From Eledone cirrhosa (taxonomy: Eukaryota), in assembly GCA_964016885.1 (NCBI GenBank), contig OZ024740.1, positions 264,864,001-264,928,000 on the forward strand: a DNA stretch of 64,000 nt, in the 5' to 3' direction. The translations under genes were made by a program, and so were the position numbers. This document shows, piece after piece, positions 1 to 17,029 of the stretch; position 1 is the stretch's first letter, and each line of letters begins with the position of its first letter. The notes under the pieces were generated by a model, which did not search any database, was not told the origin of the DNA, and saw only the letters and a list, made by a program, of their open reading frames with translations.

Positions 1-497
1 TTATGCTTCCACATTTCTTTGTGAGTTTTGCTCTCACTTTTATTACTGATGCAATTTGTTTTCACTTTTCCCAAGGAAAATTGATATTCCCTCGGTGCAA
101 ATATATAATGATTATACTAAAAACATCATGAGTTCAATATACGGCTCAATATACTGCAGTGGTAGCCAATGCACTTTATTTTCCCTAGCGAACGTCACAG
201 AAAATTTAGTATATAATAGAACTATGATTGAGAATTATTTATATCTTTTCTTTTACATTCGAAAATACAATTCTGCTAGAGCCTTTGTCTTTGCTCGAAT
301 CAAATGTATTTCTTTTTTCTTCGGAAGTATATGATATATAAGATTAACATATCATATTATTCCTAAAACACGCATAATAAAAATCTGTGAATTGTCCTTT
401 TTCATAAGAAACCCGGGCGACATATGTAAACTGAAATTCTTCCAGGTGGGAAACAAATTCAGTTTACTGAATATATTTGATGCTTGTATGTATATAT

Positions 498-836
498 GGA
501 CCTGGAATTTACGACGGAGTCGTAAGGGTGCCGTATTGTCATACGGTGTTTCTGGGGAGTTTTCTTACACCTGATGGAGCCCATACTTTTCCAGGTCTGA
601 ATACATCAAATTTCTTCCAGAGAAAGTTATAGTGAGAGAATGGAAGTGAAAAAGAGATATAAAAGAAGAATTGACTCCAGTACTAGACTGGCGCTTTTTT
701 AACGACTGGTGCTTTTTTAAATGGACGGAAGGCAAAGTTGACTCCGGTGGAATCGGATCTCAGAGAGCAGAGAGTCGGACCTCATACTGCAACGTATTCT
801 ATCTGACGTTCTAACAATTGTACCAATGCACCGCCT
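498..836 (-). mobile_element. tRNA-derived SINE, long-tail subfamily (diverged copy)
   Basis: Reverse complement has a tRNA-like head, the core 'caactttgccttcc..' and the ~190-bp tail ending 'ccgtatgacaatacggcacccttacgactcc', shared with copies at 4.7, 7.3, 12.2, 12.7 and 20.1 kb. Confidence 0.75.
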
Positions 837-1287
837 ATTTGATGCCTCACTTTTTGTAAAAAGAAAATAATAGTAATAATTTTTCCATGAGTGAAACACC
901 TTAGACACATTCAACACAATTAATATACATTATCTGCCTGACACCCACCTCATAGATTGTCTCTCTATCGACCATTGGCCGCTGGGCTCTGTCCTCTGAA
1001 ACATTTTTGCCGATCGCTGTCATTGACAGCATTCGGCTGCTTTAACGGTTGTTTTATAGATGAGTTTTCTTATTTTTATATGAATTCAAATACACTCTCG
1101 CTTCAACTCGATCAGGTATAATAATGTTTACTCATTAAACAATCAATAAGATTATGTAATATACCTGTATTTCACCGAGAGTTAAAAGTTGATTGCATTT
1201 TGAGTTTGATATAACTCAACCGAAGAAATTAATACTTAAATTATATTTACCAATTTGGTTATAGATATAGTATCAGTGCTAGGGCAG

Positions 1288-1578
1288 AAGGCGAATTGGC
1301 TGAGTAATTACAACATCGGATAGAATGTTTTGCGACATTCGTTTCGGGTCTCTGCTATCTGAGTTCAAATTCTACCAAGGTCAACTTTGCCTTTCATCCA
1401 TTCAAGGTCGATAAAAAAGTACCAGGATCAATTCTTCCACTATATCTCTTTCTCATATCCGTTCTTTAACTCTTTATCTTCCTCTCGAAGATATCTGCTG
1501 TGTTCAGACATGAAAAGGAGATGGGATCTGTCATATTTAAAATAATGCCTTAGAATCTCTCGGGAGAGACGGGACCAA
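1288..1578 (+). mobile_element. tRNA-derived SINE, long-tail subfamily
   Basis: B-box-like 'gagttcaaat', core 'caactttgcctttcatccattcaaggtcgataaaaaagtaccag', tail remnant ending 'cgggagagacgggacc'. Confidence 0.75.
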
Positions 1579-2306
1579 GCATGCGTCATTGCAAGGAATT
1601 GATGTATTTAAGATATATATAAGTGGAAAATTATAGTAGTAGTGTTAGGGGTAGGTATTTTGTGAATATAGTTATCATATGGGTAGTGGTAGTGATGGTG
1701 CGGATGTTGTGCTGTTGGGGAATACTGATATAATGGTTTTCATTGTATGAGTTGTGTATTCTACTGAGAGCATAGCTTTGCTAAAGATTAACCAAATTTC
1801 TTCCACATGCCACCACCATACATAAAACTTAAGAGTCAGTCCACCTCATGTTCTCGTCGAAGAGGATAGAGAAGACCTTCCCCAAAGGATGGTAACTGAG
1901 ATGCACTGAAACAGACATTTCAGCACGCGGGGCTCTGACTAGCGCGTCGCCAACTCGGAAATTTGAGAAAATATTTTTACGGGCTAGGCAGTTTGATTTG
2001 GGGTTTCTGTTTCAGGTGAAAATCTTAAATGGTATACGTAAAATATCTTAGTTTGTGCACGAGCTGACATTTATATAAAGACGTTCTGCATTCAGTGTTC
2101 ATTCTTACCACACATAGTACAAGCCGAATCCCATACAAAAAATTGAGTTTTCGTATTTTTTCATTGTTCTCAGTCCAGAGTATTTGTATATAATACTTCT
2201 GTGGTTTAGTCTTCGAAGTTATAGACTGAAAATATGGGGAAAAGCAGTTCGCTATATCAAGTATCTTCCAGTTGAATATATTTGCATTGTTTTATTTAAA
2301 TTAAAT

Positions 2307-2375
2307 ACGGGGTCGATAAAATAAAGTACCAGTAATACACTGAGATAATTGCTGGTCTTGTGCCAAAAGTAGAAA
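2307..2375 (+). mobile_element. 5'-truncated short-tail SINE
   Basis: 'acggggtcgataaaataaagtaccagtaatacactg...tgtgccaaaagtagaaac' matches the 3' half of the copies at 62 kb. Confidence 0.8.
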
Positions 2376-4359
2376 CAAATATTTCTATATGTTTGATTTG
2401 TATTGTGCTATCTTTATATATTTTTTAATATATTATATGATATTTGAATAATAATAATTGGTGAATCAACGCGATCTGAGAATATTTAATTGTAATTCTC
2501 ATTATATTATTATTCACTCCCCGCCCCCAAATATCATCGAAACCAATATAATGCCAAATAATTCAAACTTTGCAACTCAACATAAATTGTAAGAAATAAA
2601 TAGAAAACATCAGTTACAACTGTAATACCTTTCGCATTCTAACTTATATAGACAGCGAAAGCCTAGGTACATATACATACGAATACACAGAAGAAATTCA
2701 TCAATAAATAAATAAAGTCGTAAGACAAAATAATATATTTATATATTCGGTGGGTTTATTAGAGACAGCTCTTTGTAATTCTATTTAATTTCATTTCACA
2801 CTCTTCTTAGTTTCACATGAGCTCTTTCCCGATTCTATTTGACGTTTAAAAGTAATTAGTTCAGAGAAGTCAATTGCAATATATTTTTTTAAATATACAC
2901 CATTCGTTCGGTTTCTGTGATTTCACAGTAGATAGTGCAAATAATCAATGCAGAAGTTACTGGAAATACACAAACTGGATAGGTATATTCATGGAAAAGG
3001 CGCCAAAATGGCCCCACTTTTGTTGGAGTCATCAGAAATAATTGATCTATCTAGACATTGCTGATAAAGTCGTAAGATAGAAGTGCTTGTCTTTCCAAAT
3101 GCTATCCGTCAAGTTAAAATAAAAAAAATTAATATTGACACTTATATTGCAGAGCGCATACATTTAATTACTACACAAACACACAGACAGAAATCCACAA
3201 ACACACAACTAAACATAAACAAAAGTCATACATATGCACACATAAACAAACACTGACTCAATGGAATTTAACATAGGATTCCACAGAAAACACACGCCTA
3301 AAATTTCTAAATTTTAGAAGGAAAAGGAACACACACAAACAGACATAGACACACACATATACATACCCTTTCCCCACACACATATAACCCCTGCACCTAC
3401 ACACATGCGTGCGAGAGAGAGTTTGGATATATAAAATATGTGCAGAAAAGTATAATGACTCATTTTTATATGTATTCAAAATTAAATGAAAGCTAATTTA
3501 GCAAGCTGAAAGTGCTCACTAAGAATATGGCGTCAAATTTTTGAGAATATTTTAGTTAATTATTTTAGGAAAATATACCTAATTATGAATTGATAATAAG
3601 TAGTCATTTATTTTAAGACCTCCTTTTACCAGGAAAACAAACTAACATTTTTTTTCTTTAGAATGTACATATCTTTCTACGTATTCATCATATGTATGCG
3701 TGGGTGTGTTTGCATGTATATAATTGTTTAGGTGCGTATATTTTTATGCAGCCATCATGTATATATGTATGTATATATGTATGTATGTATCTATGTATGT
3801 ATGTATATATGTATGTATGTAAGTATGTATATATATGTGTATATATGAGATTTTAGATGAAGCTCAGGTAATGAGCCTGTGTAATGTTGTCAAATATCTG
3901 AATAAGTGAAATATAACCACCCTCTACTTTTCATTTCTACTGCACTCTGCGTGTGCAGGGGAAGTGTTTGTACTTATATGTATATCTATAACACTTTCTT
4001 TCGTATATTTGTTAGAATATTATCAATACACAATTCCAAGGAAATATAAACAAAATTGTGGCAAATAGTCCATTTTACTAAGATTTCGCATCTAAATGAT
4101 ATGTTATGCTAGGCATAATGGTCCGCCATTCGATGTAATGGTAGAATACATTTTTGCCACTTGAATAGACGAGATTCTGTTTCACGTTCTTAAAACTGTG
4201 ATCTGAACACCCTAACCATTATATCACACGTCTTCTGATGGTTAAACATATGCAACAGCAAACTAATATAAACATAGGCGTTGATATTGTCCGTACATTA
4301 GAAATTTTATAATTTTAAAGATATTCTGGGGATTAGTAGAAATCAGAAGGTGCTAATAT

Positions 4360-4600
4360 TAAGAAGTAGTTTGAGTTTATCGGCAAAGAGTATATTTCAT
4401 TCATTGCATGAATATTGTTATGTTAGGGTGAATAGATGCTAATGCTCTGAAGTAGTTTGGGTTTATCAGCAATGAATACACTGTAAACTCATTGTGGGAA
4501 TGCTGTGATGTTAGAGTGAAGACATGTTATAAAGAAGCAGTGTGGGTTTATCTACAATGAATACATTTCAACCTGATAGCGTAAATATTGTCATATTGAT
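4360..4600. repeat. Degenerate ~86-bp tandem repeat, about 3 copies
   Basis: 'gaag(t/c)agt(t/g)tg(a/g)gtttatc...aa(a/t)ga(g/a)ta' recurs at ~4363, ~4449 and ~4534. Confidence 0.7.
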
Positions 4601-4728
4601 ATGTTATTCTTTAACCGCCGGCTTCAAGCCATTAGTCGGACATGCCGACTAGGATCATCACCTAAACGATCTATTTTAGAATATGTAATATGAGATCGTT
4701 GGAAATTGAGAAGTATTAAGGCTTTATT

Positions 4729-5062
4729 AAGGCAGTGAAATGGAAGAGTCGTTAGAACGTCATTTAGAATTCTTTGAGATATTCGTTTCGTCTCTTTGCT
4801 CTCTTAATTCAAATCTCGCTGAGATCAACGTTGCCTTACATCCATTCGAGGTTGATAAAAAAATAACAGTTTTGTCCTGGGATTGATTCTTCCTCTATAT
4901 CTTTTCCTCACTTCCATTTTCTCACTCGTAATTCTTTTCTGGAAGAAGTCTGTGATATTCTGGCCTGGAGAGGGATGGGTTCCGCCAGGTTTTAAAAATG
5001 CCCTAGAAACGCCGTATGTAAATACGGCTCCCCAACGACTCCCTCGGGGGTTACGGGACTAT
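4729..5062 (+). mobile_element. tRNA-derived SINE, long-tail subfamily
   Basis: Head, core and tail present; tail hairpin gccgtat-gtaa-atacggc at 5011-5028. Confidence 0.8.
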
Positions 5063-5358
5063 GCCGATATACATGCAAACCTTATTGAGGTAAGAATCTG
5101 CGTTATGGCATATTATTTTATTCGAGAAACACTTTCTTATGCCACCAGTTAGTTTCATATGAATGGATGGCTAGTGGACGGCACTGGGAAATCCCTGGGG
5201 CCAGTCAGTCAGTCAGTCGAGATGCACATACATGTTATAAACAAGACCCTACTATCTGTACGGATTCACTCCATCAGTAAATATACATTGTTATTTACAT
5301 ACATATAAATCTACAACCGAACATCAATATCTATAGGTATATTTGTCTACCAACCTAC

Positions 5359-5359
<1 letters not shown>

Positions 5360-5426
<67 letters not shown>

Positions 5427-5680
5427 ATGTGTGTTTCCGCGCGTGTGTGTGTGCGTGTGTGTATGTGCGTGTGTGTGTGTGCGTGTGTGTATGTGCGTGT
5501 GTGTGTGTGCGAGTGTGTGTGTGTCTGTGTGTCTATGTGTGCGCGTTTGTGTGTGCGCGTGTGTGTGCGTGCGTGTGTGTGTGAGTGTGTGTGTGTGCGC
5601 GCGTGTGTGTGTGTGCGAATGTGTGTATGCGCGCGCGCGCGCGTGTGTGTGTCTGTGTCTGTGTCTGCGTGTGTGCGTGT
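5360..5680. repeat. Compound (TA)n/(GT)n/(GC)n microsatellite
   Basis: Direct reading. Confidence 0.95.
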
Positions 5681-7344
5681 CCATAGGCATCCATACGTGA
5701 AGACCATACGTAGCCATCCTCCACTACCAAGGATCGAACTGCATATCTTTCCAATTCCGGCGTTTCAATTGGCAGACGGGGATGATCAGTGCTTGTCCGG
5801 ATATTCGTAGTTGTTCCCAAAATTGAACACAACACACAAATGGCGTTAGAATTATACCACTATAAATGTGTGATATGTATATATTTCTATATGTGTGTAT
5901 GTGTGTGTGTGTTTGTGTGTGTGTGTGTTGCATTACATTATCCATCTTATTATCCATACTATCTCAGTTCTATAAAAGAGGTAAATATGTTAGAAGAAAT
6001 ACAATATATGAAATTGCTATGATTCACACCAAATGCAAGAACTAGAAGTAGAAATATTAAAATACTTTGCACTTTCAGGAATTGAATTTCCTTTTAGCAA
6101 TGGTATTAACATAACACATTTTCATTTGATTCGTTTGCTCTGTGAAAACTAAAAAAGAAATATATCAAGAATCGTTTATCATTTCAGTTATCAAATTCTC
6201 AGAATCAATAACATTTTAAAAAATAAATAAGTTCTGAATGATAAGCGAAAACACTTGATTATATAAGATGTTGATAGCGATGCTAAGCATTATAGCTGCA
6301 ATATCTTTTCTATATTTTTTCATCTACAGCCATAAGGGAAATGCCAATACTACTGCTTATCAAAACCTTCTAATTTGCCACTAGTATTAACCATATGCCC
6401 GAAAGCTTAAACTTAAACAAGTTTATTCAATTAAATCATTTAATGAAAAGTAAAAAAATGAACACTTAAACATAACTTCAATTAAAATGTTAATATAAAT
6501 ATCAATGCTTTCTCTTCCGCTAAGTTTTCATAAAAGTAGTAATCATGCATTTAACGGTCTTTAATATAATTATTTTAAGGTATCATGGAATGAAAAGACA
6601 GAAAACTGGACTTAAATTATATGCTGCATAGTTATATAACTTTATTTTTAAAGCTATATGTGTCACAAAGACTTAGATTGAATATAAATGTATGTTTGAT
6701 GCATAAAGACATATTTAAACGAATGGATCTCTATGCATAATTTATTATGTCGCAAAGCTTCTAAATATAGACAGACCGATTAATTCATTAACATCGTCTT
6801 TAACATCGTCATTAACAGCAGAAATGTATGATTTGCTTTATAAGAAGGAAATAATAGTATGGTTGAACACAATTGTAACCAAGTTAGAAGCAGAAACTGG
6901 ATCATTGGCTCGATTCATTCCTCAGCACATTAACATAATGGGGTTTTCTTGAACAGATACAGGAAATTGCCTATATATAAGTAGGCGTATGGTAAACCAT
7001 TTAATTGACGACAACTCCTTGAATGTGAATTATAACATTTTAAAGAAATAACCATTAATAGAATCAAGTAATTGGGAGATTATCAGTCATTCTACGACTG
7101 TCGGTAAAATAATACTAAATCCATTGCTTTGTTGGTTACAACTAGAGATCGGCACCATATAGAAATCTCGACATTTTCGGAGGTTCCGTTTTATTATGCA
7201 TCTCTATTCATAAAACTATAATAGCAAACACATACGGTACACTTATAACTTAATTGTTATAGTACTTTTCATTATAAGCTGTTTCCCTCAATATATTCCT
7301 CAATGAATAGACAAGATTTATCGTTCGTTATTTATGACGCTAAA

Positions 7345-7664
7345 AGGCGTCGAATTGACAGTCGTTAGAACGTCGGAGAGAATGCTTTGCGTTATTCGCA
7401 TTGGCTTTCTGATCTCTGAAATCAAATCCTACCGAGGTCAACTTTGCCTTTTATTCATTCAAGGTCGATACAAAAGTGTCAATATAGTACTGGGTAGATT
7501 CTTCCTCCATATCCATTTCTAACTTCCTCTTTCTTACAATATATCCTTCTCTGGAAAAATCTTCTCTATTCAGACCTGGAGAGAAGATAGTCTCCGCAGA
7601 TTGAAAATAAAGTGTCCTGGAAATGCCGTATATCAATGCGATTCCCTCAGGAGTTTCGGGACCG
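7345..7664 (+). mobile_element. tRNA-derived SINE, long-tail subfamily
   Basis: 'gtcgttagaacgtcgg...gaggtcaactttgcc...ggtcgatacaaaagt...attccctcaggagtttcgggacc'. Confidence 0.8.
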
Positions 7665-9659
7665 TACACCGTACATTTTGCTTAAGTGACAACTCGATGA
7701 GCTTTGTGTACATTGCACCTGCGTTGTTACTGTTGATGAGTGTTCTAATAGTGCGAGCATCAAGAATTCTGCACGTGAAATTACAGAGCAAGTTGCAGGG
7801 TATTTAACAGATACATGCATTCCTATGGTAGTTCTCAAGAAACTTCAATGTGATACAATTCGTTACAAGGCTGGCCTTTTGAATTACAGGTACAACTCAT
7901 TATAAGCAGCTCAGTCGATTGGAGAATAGTGAAATAAAGAATCTTGTTCAAAGACACAAGGCATATGAAAAAGGAACATTTGTCTTTCTGAAGAGTGAAC
8001 TACATAATTGATATTTATTTTAGCAATACATGAGAGATGGAAAATAAAATCTTCCCCGGTAGAGTTAAATGAACAATGTGTATGATTGTAACAAAAGAAT
8101 TTAAGATACGTTCAGACAGTCCCTATATTCTCACCCGACCAGCTAAATATAGTAGATTCATTCATTCATCAAATGAACGCCTAATGAAAATATAGTTTCT
8201 GAAATACAAAAACACGTAATTGTCAAGCAACAATAACAGCAACAAAAGAAAAAAAAAAGCGTAGAAAATAGTGAACTGTTCTGCGATTTAATAGTACATG
8301 CATAACAGAAAAACGAATTTGTGATATTGAAAGATTATTGATGATCAAAAACTTATTGATATTTTCTCTGTGCTAGATAGTTGTTTGAGTCTAGCATAAT
8401 CAGTGAAATATATTTACAAAGCCTGTATAATGAGCTTTATGCTATTTTTATCTAGTTATCTATTAGTAAGTAAGCATTTATTGACGAAGAAGTAATGCGT
8501 TCTGAAATGTGGATATAGATTATCTAAAACGAATACTGAGATAAATGTGACAGGATCACAGCGTGATAATATGAATGTCTATTTTACATAAACATACTCA
8601 ATATGAGTCCATATATACGCCTTATTCTTAACCAACATATGTTAGTGCCAACACCAGATAAAGAATTATCTGTTAATGAGAGTATAACAGCAAGAGTTAA
8701 TCCTTCATATATATCATAATCATTCATGAAAACATTCACGATTTTAGACTATCGAAATGTTCTCTAATAACACGCTATTTTAATATAATTCTAATTTTTC
8801 TTTAATTTAGCGTCTGATGCCATTTAAATAAATTTCGTTTTTAGGTGACGACTTCACAAAACGTTTATATACGTTGTATATTCACGATTGTTTTTTCTGT
8901 TAGTGGTTCTCAGAGTTTTCAAGATTGTAATGCAATTTATTTTCGTATCGCTAGGAGAAAATTTCCACTTGGTAAATAGAAAACTTTCAGTTTTTCACCA
9001 TTCACTTCATAATATTTCACTAGAGTTGTTTGCTTGCCAATATGTTTGGGTGAAAGACAGACAGTAAAAGGCTATAAGTAGACAGGAGAGCGTCTATAGA
9101 TAGGGGAGAGGGGAGAAATGCTCTTTCCAAATCGGTAATCCATCTACGAGGCAGATATAATCAGAAAAACAGTGCAAAACCACTCTATACTATTACTTAC
9201 CTCGAGGATGGTCAGTTGAGAAGTGAGGCACAATGGAATTTGATGATATAAAATATTAGAAAGTAATAAATAAAGAAAGAAAGAAAGAAAGAAAGAAAGA
9301 GAGAAAGGAAGAAAGAAAATGAAAGAAAGACAGAAGGAAAAAGAAGCTGAGAGACGTCATTTTCTTGATGATGGTGTTAGAAGGGAAAATGGAATCAGGA
9401 GAAGATAGTGCAAATGTAGATGGACATTGAAAGAAGTATCTAGCAGCTGGCGGGCTACAATTTCGCTGATGATTATAACCTAAAGTTTTAGAAGCATTGA
9501 TGTAGCTCAGGAATATTACACTTTTCGTATAGCTACCTTAATAAGTATGCAACGTACTGCCTCTATACTCTCAGCTTCCTTCCCTATCTCTATACTTACA
9601 CACAGCCATATATACATACATATTCACAAAAACATCCACATGACTGTATGCATGTATTT

Positions 9660-12100
<2,441 letters not shown>

Positions 12101-12244
12101 TGTATGTTTATGTATGCATGTGGGTACATTTTCAGTGCTGGTGCCATAATAGAATGCTCTACTTTCCTCTGAAAAGTGGCTGGCATTAGGAGGTACATCT
12201 TCCGATCTGGGCGTTATATAAAGTACATTATACACTAATGTTAA

Positions 12245-12560
12245 CGCCGGCGAATCGGCAGAATCCTTTGAAAGTCGATTCGAGTGCTTTGTACTTTCTA
12301 CATTCAAATCCCGCAGAGGTCAAATTTGACTTTCATCCTTTCAAAGTCGATAAAAAAATGTACCAGACAAGTATTGGTGTCAGTTCTTCCTCTATATCTC
12401 TTTCTCACTCCCTAGTTAACACTTTCTAGATCTTTTCTGGAAGAAATCTGCTGAATTCAGGCCTGGGGAAGTTTGCGCTCGGTTTGGCTTTAAAAATTCA
12501 CAAGGACTGCCATATGTCAATACGGCGCCCCTATTATTCCACCAGGAGTTACGAGACCAA
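12245..12560 (+). mobile_element. tRNA-derived SINE, long-tail subfamily
   Basis: 'ttcaaatcccgcagaggtcaaatttgactttcatcctttcaaagtcgataaaa' plus tail ending 'ggagttacgagacc'. Confidence 0.8.
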
Positions 12561-12681
12561 ACTATACCATTCCATGTATTAATGTTCTCATATTTCAAAA
12601 AACATATGTCATTGCGATATACCCGACTCGATAATAACTGCAAACTAGTTCGAGAAACTGTGAAAATACATATGCACGCAT

Positions 12682-12989
12682 GGTCCCATAACTCCCGAGG
12701 GAGTCGTTGGGGAACTGTATTGATATACGGCGTCTCTAGGGCGTTTTAAATCCTGGCGGAGCCTATTTCTCACCGGGTCTGAATACAGCTGATTTCGGCC
12801 AGAAAAGTATAGAGAAAGTGAGAGAATGGAAGAATCGACCCCAGTCTTAGACTGGTACTTTTCCTTCGACGTCGAATAGATGAAGGGCAAGGTTGACCTC
12901 GGCGAATTTGAACTCAGAAAACAAAGAACCGATATGAATACCGCATATCCTTGTACCCGACGTTCTAGCAACTTTAACAATCACCGCCT
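12682..12989 (-). mobile_element. tRNA-derived SINE, long-tail subfamily (tail-to-tail with the previous copy)
   Basis: Reverse complement gives head, core and tail 'ccccaacgactccctcgggagttatgggacc'. Confidence 0.8.
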
Positions 12990-13019
12990 GAAAACACAGA
13001 TAGTCACAGGCAAAGATTT

Positions 13020-13400
13020 GTGAATAAGGAGTTCGCTTTACAACAACATCGTTTCTAACTTAATACCGTTGCATCACACCTTGTTCAAGAGTCTTATACT
13101 ATAGCCTCAGTTCCTTAAATACTCCGTTTTCTGACATAAATAAGTTAGATGTGAAAAGTTGAAGCCCGTCGTATATATGTGTCTGTATCAGCAGAAATGT
13201 TAGTGTGACCTTAGCTGTATACGTTTGTGTTTGCGTTTATATCTCGTAATTTTGTGATTCAACCGAAAGTGATCAATAGAAGAAGTTCCAGATCAGAAAT
13301 ACATACGTACAGAGGCGGATATACTCGACTAGATCCCTTTACGAATGTGCCCAGTATGACCGTAGTTTAATGAATGAAACATTAACAGAATAAAAGAAAT
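13020..13400 (+). mobile_element. Diverged CORE-type SINE
   Basis: 'caccttgttcaagagtcttatactatagcctc...gaagcccgtcgtatatatg' resembles the abundant octopus CORE-SINE (from recollection); a related fragment lies at ~19205-19330. Confidence 0.5.
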
Positions 13401-13711
13401 TCAGGAATGTATGCCACAAAATGGCACCAAATTAAGGAAAGAAGAGAAGTTGGCCAAATTATTTGCCCTGATTTGTCTTGCCTGGTCACCTTGAGTTCAG
13501 CATTTAAATACAATGTATTTTGACTTCCCTGTCATCCTTCTACTATCAAATATACGAACGGATGGTAACTTCATTTTCCTTGTTTTAAGGTACATCACTC
13601 TAGTTTATAAGCTATTTAGCAGCATCTCTGCTCGTGAACACAGCATCCTTTTTATTAACTTTATATACTAAGCATTTAAAGCCCGAGAGAACGAATAAGT
13701 ATCTTCTTTGT

Positions 13712-13787
<76 letters not shown>

Positions 13788-13810
13788 ACACATACACACA
13801 TATATATACA

Positions 13811-13844
<34 letters not shown>

Positions 13845-13982
13845 AGGTATGTTCATCTTTGTTATTCATTTCTTTTTACATTTCTTTTTCCTAATTCCTC
13901 CCTTCCTCTTTACTCCTCTTTCTTCCTACTTTCTTCTTTGTTACCCGGAGATTTATCCATCTGGTTTTCAAAAACGACCAAT

Positions 13983-14039
<57 letters not shown>

Positions 14040-14424
14040 GCCCAACATTCTTTATGTAGGCGGACAGTACCTGATTTGGAGTCGCAGAAACCAATACTGG
14101 ATTTTACCATCAGTCCAGGGTCCGGGAAAGTATCAACACATATATTTTTATTGTTTGACCCGAATTACTTGGTCGTTTTGATTTTGGCTGTGCGGATGAT
14201 ATGTTTAACCATCATCTCAGTGTGTTTGGCCCTTAACGTATGTTGTAGCTCTGATTCATATGATTCATCGAGCGCTTGCCACACATATCGGACGTTGATT
14301 TTCGTTAATTCCTGAGCTGAAAACGATTCTCGCTAATTTATATTTGTATATATATATATATATATAAAGTACATATACATTTGTATGTATATGTGCTTAT
14401 ACGTACACATATCTATGTACCTAT

Positions 14425-14531
<107 letters not shown>

Positions 14532-15228
14532 ATATAGCACCAACATATCCTCATCATGAAACGTCCTTTTCCTCGGGGCTAGCAAGAGCTGGAAGGATCG
14601 TCACAGACTCAAAAGGAGGGATTTTGTTGTGTCATTTGCACCAGAGAGGTGTTCATCCTTATGACTCAACTCTAGGATCCTCCGACCCTTTTTTAGGAAT
14701 GTTCTCTTCGGCAGGGTAAACTAATTATCACCAACCCCTCAACATATTGTCCTAAGTTCGTTTATGCGGTAAATTACCAACACTGGGGAAGATGGCATTC
14801 CTAGACACAGCTCGCACTATATCATACTAGCTTAAATTCTGGGGCAGAAGAAAGCGGATGTGGTCTTTGAAACATATTGAATATAAAATTATTAGCTGTT
14901 TACTGGTTGATCGTCTCTGGCCCTAAGTGTACTTATTCAAGGCTGAACTGGGATAAACAACAATAACAACAACAGAAACACCTCCAACTCAACTAAGCAA
15001 GTATATTATATATGTTGGTACTTTCTTTTGTCTCTGCTTAAACCTTCCTGTTTTCCTTCATCCTTCAATGGAAAATGTTCCGTAGAAAAGTTGTACTATA
15101 CCCATATTATAGATATTATACTTTCTAATATGTATTGAGTACATTTTTATCCCGGTTGTGTGTGAAGTCAATGACACACACACTACGCGCATTTATATAT
15201 AATGAGATGCTGTCATATTCATGTTACT

Positions 15229-15271
<43 letters not shown>

Positions 15272-15272
<1 letters not shown>

Positions 15273-15868
15273 TAGCAGAATGGCCCGGCCATGCTCGGGA
15301 TTTGCTCTAGGGTTCTTATATATTTGATATATATTTATCCTTATCGAGCCTCGTGAAATAAATACGTTTGTTTATATTTTGTTATTCTGTATGCAAAAAT
15401 ATCCGTACACGAATATATAATTATATATATATATATATTAAATAACAGATTAAAGTTTAAGCAAAGAATATCTGCTTCCACCCTTAACGGGATCTTCTGA
15501 AACTAAAAAAATCTATCTGTCAACACAAAAGTAAATATTTCGAAAAACGTTACACACTATATATATATACATATATACACACAGACAGCGGCATAATGTC
15601 GTAATACAGACAGCCACATACAGACATATAAGGGCGCAACGTCGTAGCTATGTATCTATCTAAAAAGAAAGACTAAGAATTATAGAGAGATCGCTAAATC
15701 GCGTAATGCGGTCACTAGGGCATTGGAAATTTGAAATATCATTGGCTCAAAACACTCATAGGACCATAAGTATCACATGTGCAAAGTTTGAAAACAATTG
15801 GTTGGGTGGTTCTCGAATTCTAGGGAATCAGACAGGCAGACAGACATTCTCGGTTTTTGATATATAGA
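15272..15868 (-). mobile_element. Non-autonomous Helitron
   Basis: On the minus strand: A|TCTATATA 5' end, subterminal (CTGT)n, 3' hairpin CCCG-agcatggc-CGGG followed by CTAG|T; insertion between A and T with no target-site duplication (TSD). Confidence 0.8.
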
Positions 15869-15926
15869 TGTGTGTGCGTGTGTGTGTGTGTGTGTTTGTG
15901 TGTGTGTATGTAAGTATATATATGTA

Positions 15927-15985
15927 TAAAGCAATGCCTGTGCCGTGAAGCTTTTATAGTGAGCAAAGGCACAGGCATTGCTTTA
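15927..15985. repeat. Perfect 18-bp inverted repeat at the start of a ~270-bp unique insert between microsatellites
   Basis: taaagcaatgcctgtgcc (15927-15944) / ggcacaggcattgcttta (15968-15985). Confidence 0.85.
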
Positions 15986-16246
15986 CATCTGAGATCTCAC
16001 TGGCCTTGTCGTCACATGGTACCATGGGCCCAGCACTATGTGTCAATAAATGTCACAAGTGTAGTGTTTGTACAAGAGTTTTCAAGTCTCTGGCTGGACT
16101 AAAAAGTCACACTCGTTCAGTGCATCGGTAGGGGTTCTCCTACATGGATATAAATTAGTGGCCGTACTCGAAAACGAGTTAGCAGCCACCATATATATGT
16201 ATATATATATATTCATATATATATATATATGTGTGTGTGTACGTGC

Positions 16247-16287
<41 letters not shown>

Positions 16288-16505
16288 ATTGTGTGTGCTT
16301 GTGTGCGTCTAAAATATATAAACTGAAAATAATTTACTTATTCTTCTAAATTCGCAACACAGGAACACTAATTTGCTGTCGAAAATAAAATAAGTGTTCC
16401 ACTAAATCATTATACCATGTAAATTGAACACAGTATACACCTGCGTATTCTTCAACAATATAGTTGTACTCAGTTGTATTCTCCAATTTAATTATGGCAA
16501 TAATG

Positions 16506-16640
16506 ATTTCTAATTTAAGCGCAAGGCCGGCAGTTCGACAGAAGGAAAGCTGATTAAATTGATCACAATACTTTACTGATACTTCATTTTATCAACCTCA
16601 AAATGATGAAAAGGAAAGTGAATCTCAAGGGAATTTGAAG
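16506..16640 (-). mobile_element. Diverged short-tail SINE fragment
   Basis: Reverse complement ends '...ccggccttgcgcttaaattagaaatcattatt'. Confidence 0.6.
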
Positions 16641-17029
16641 ACGAAACATACACAGTTTGAAAAATTAACGATAATAGCCCGTGTGGTATACATAAATAAC
16701 TTGCTATATATATCATACATTAGTTTTTATACGTTTCTATGCTTATTCTATTGATAATTTTTAGGTAGTTAGTACTTCCGTATGTAAAGACGTTTAACCT
16801 AGTGGTTAGTATATTGATCTTTTAATCGCACAGATATAAGTGTGATGCGTGTACTGTGGTGAAATACTTTCACAAAGGACTAGAGTCCGCTCCAAAGATG
16901 AGTATTAGACCCTCGGTCATTTAACAGCGCGGGAAACCGGAAATTGTAATATATTCCAGTCAGATTAGTATCGAGACGCAGAAAAATATTTCTTTAGACT
17001 TCATTTATTCAGTATTATTACACATTGGT

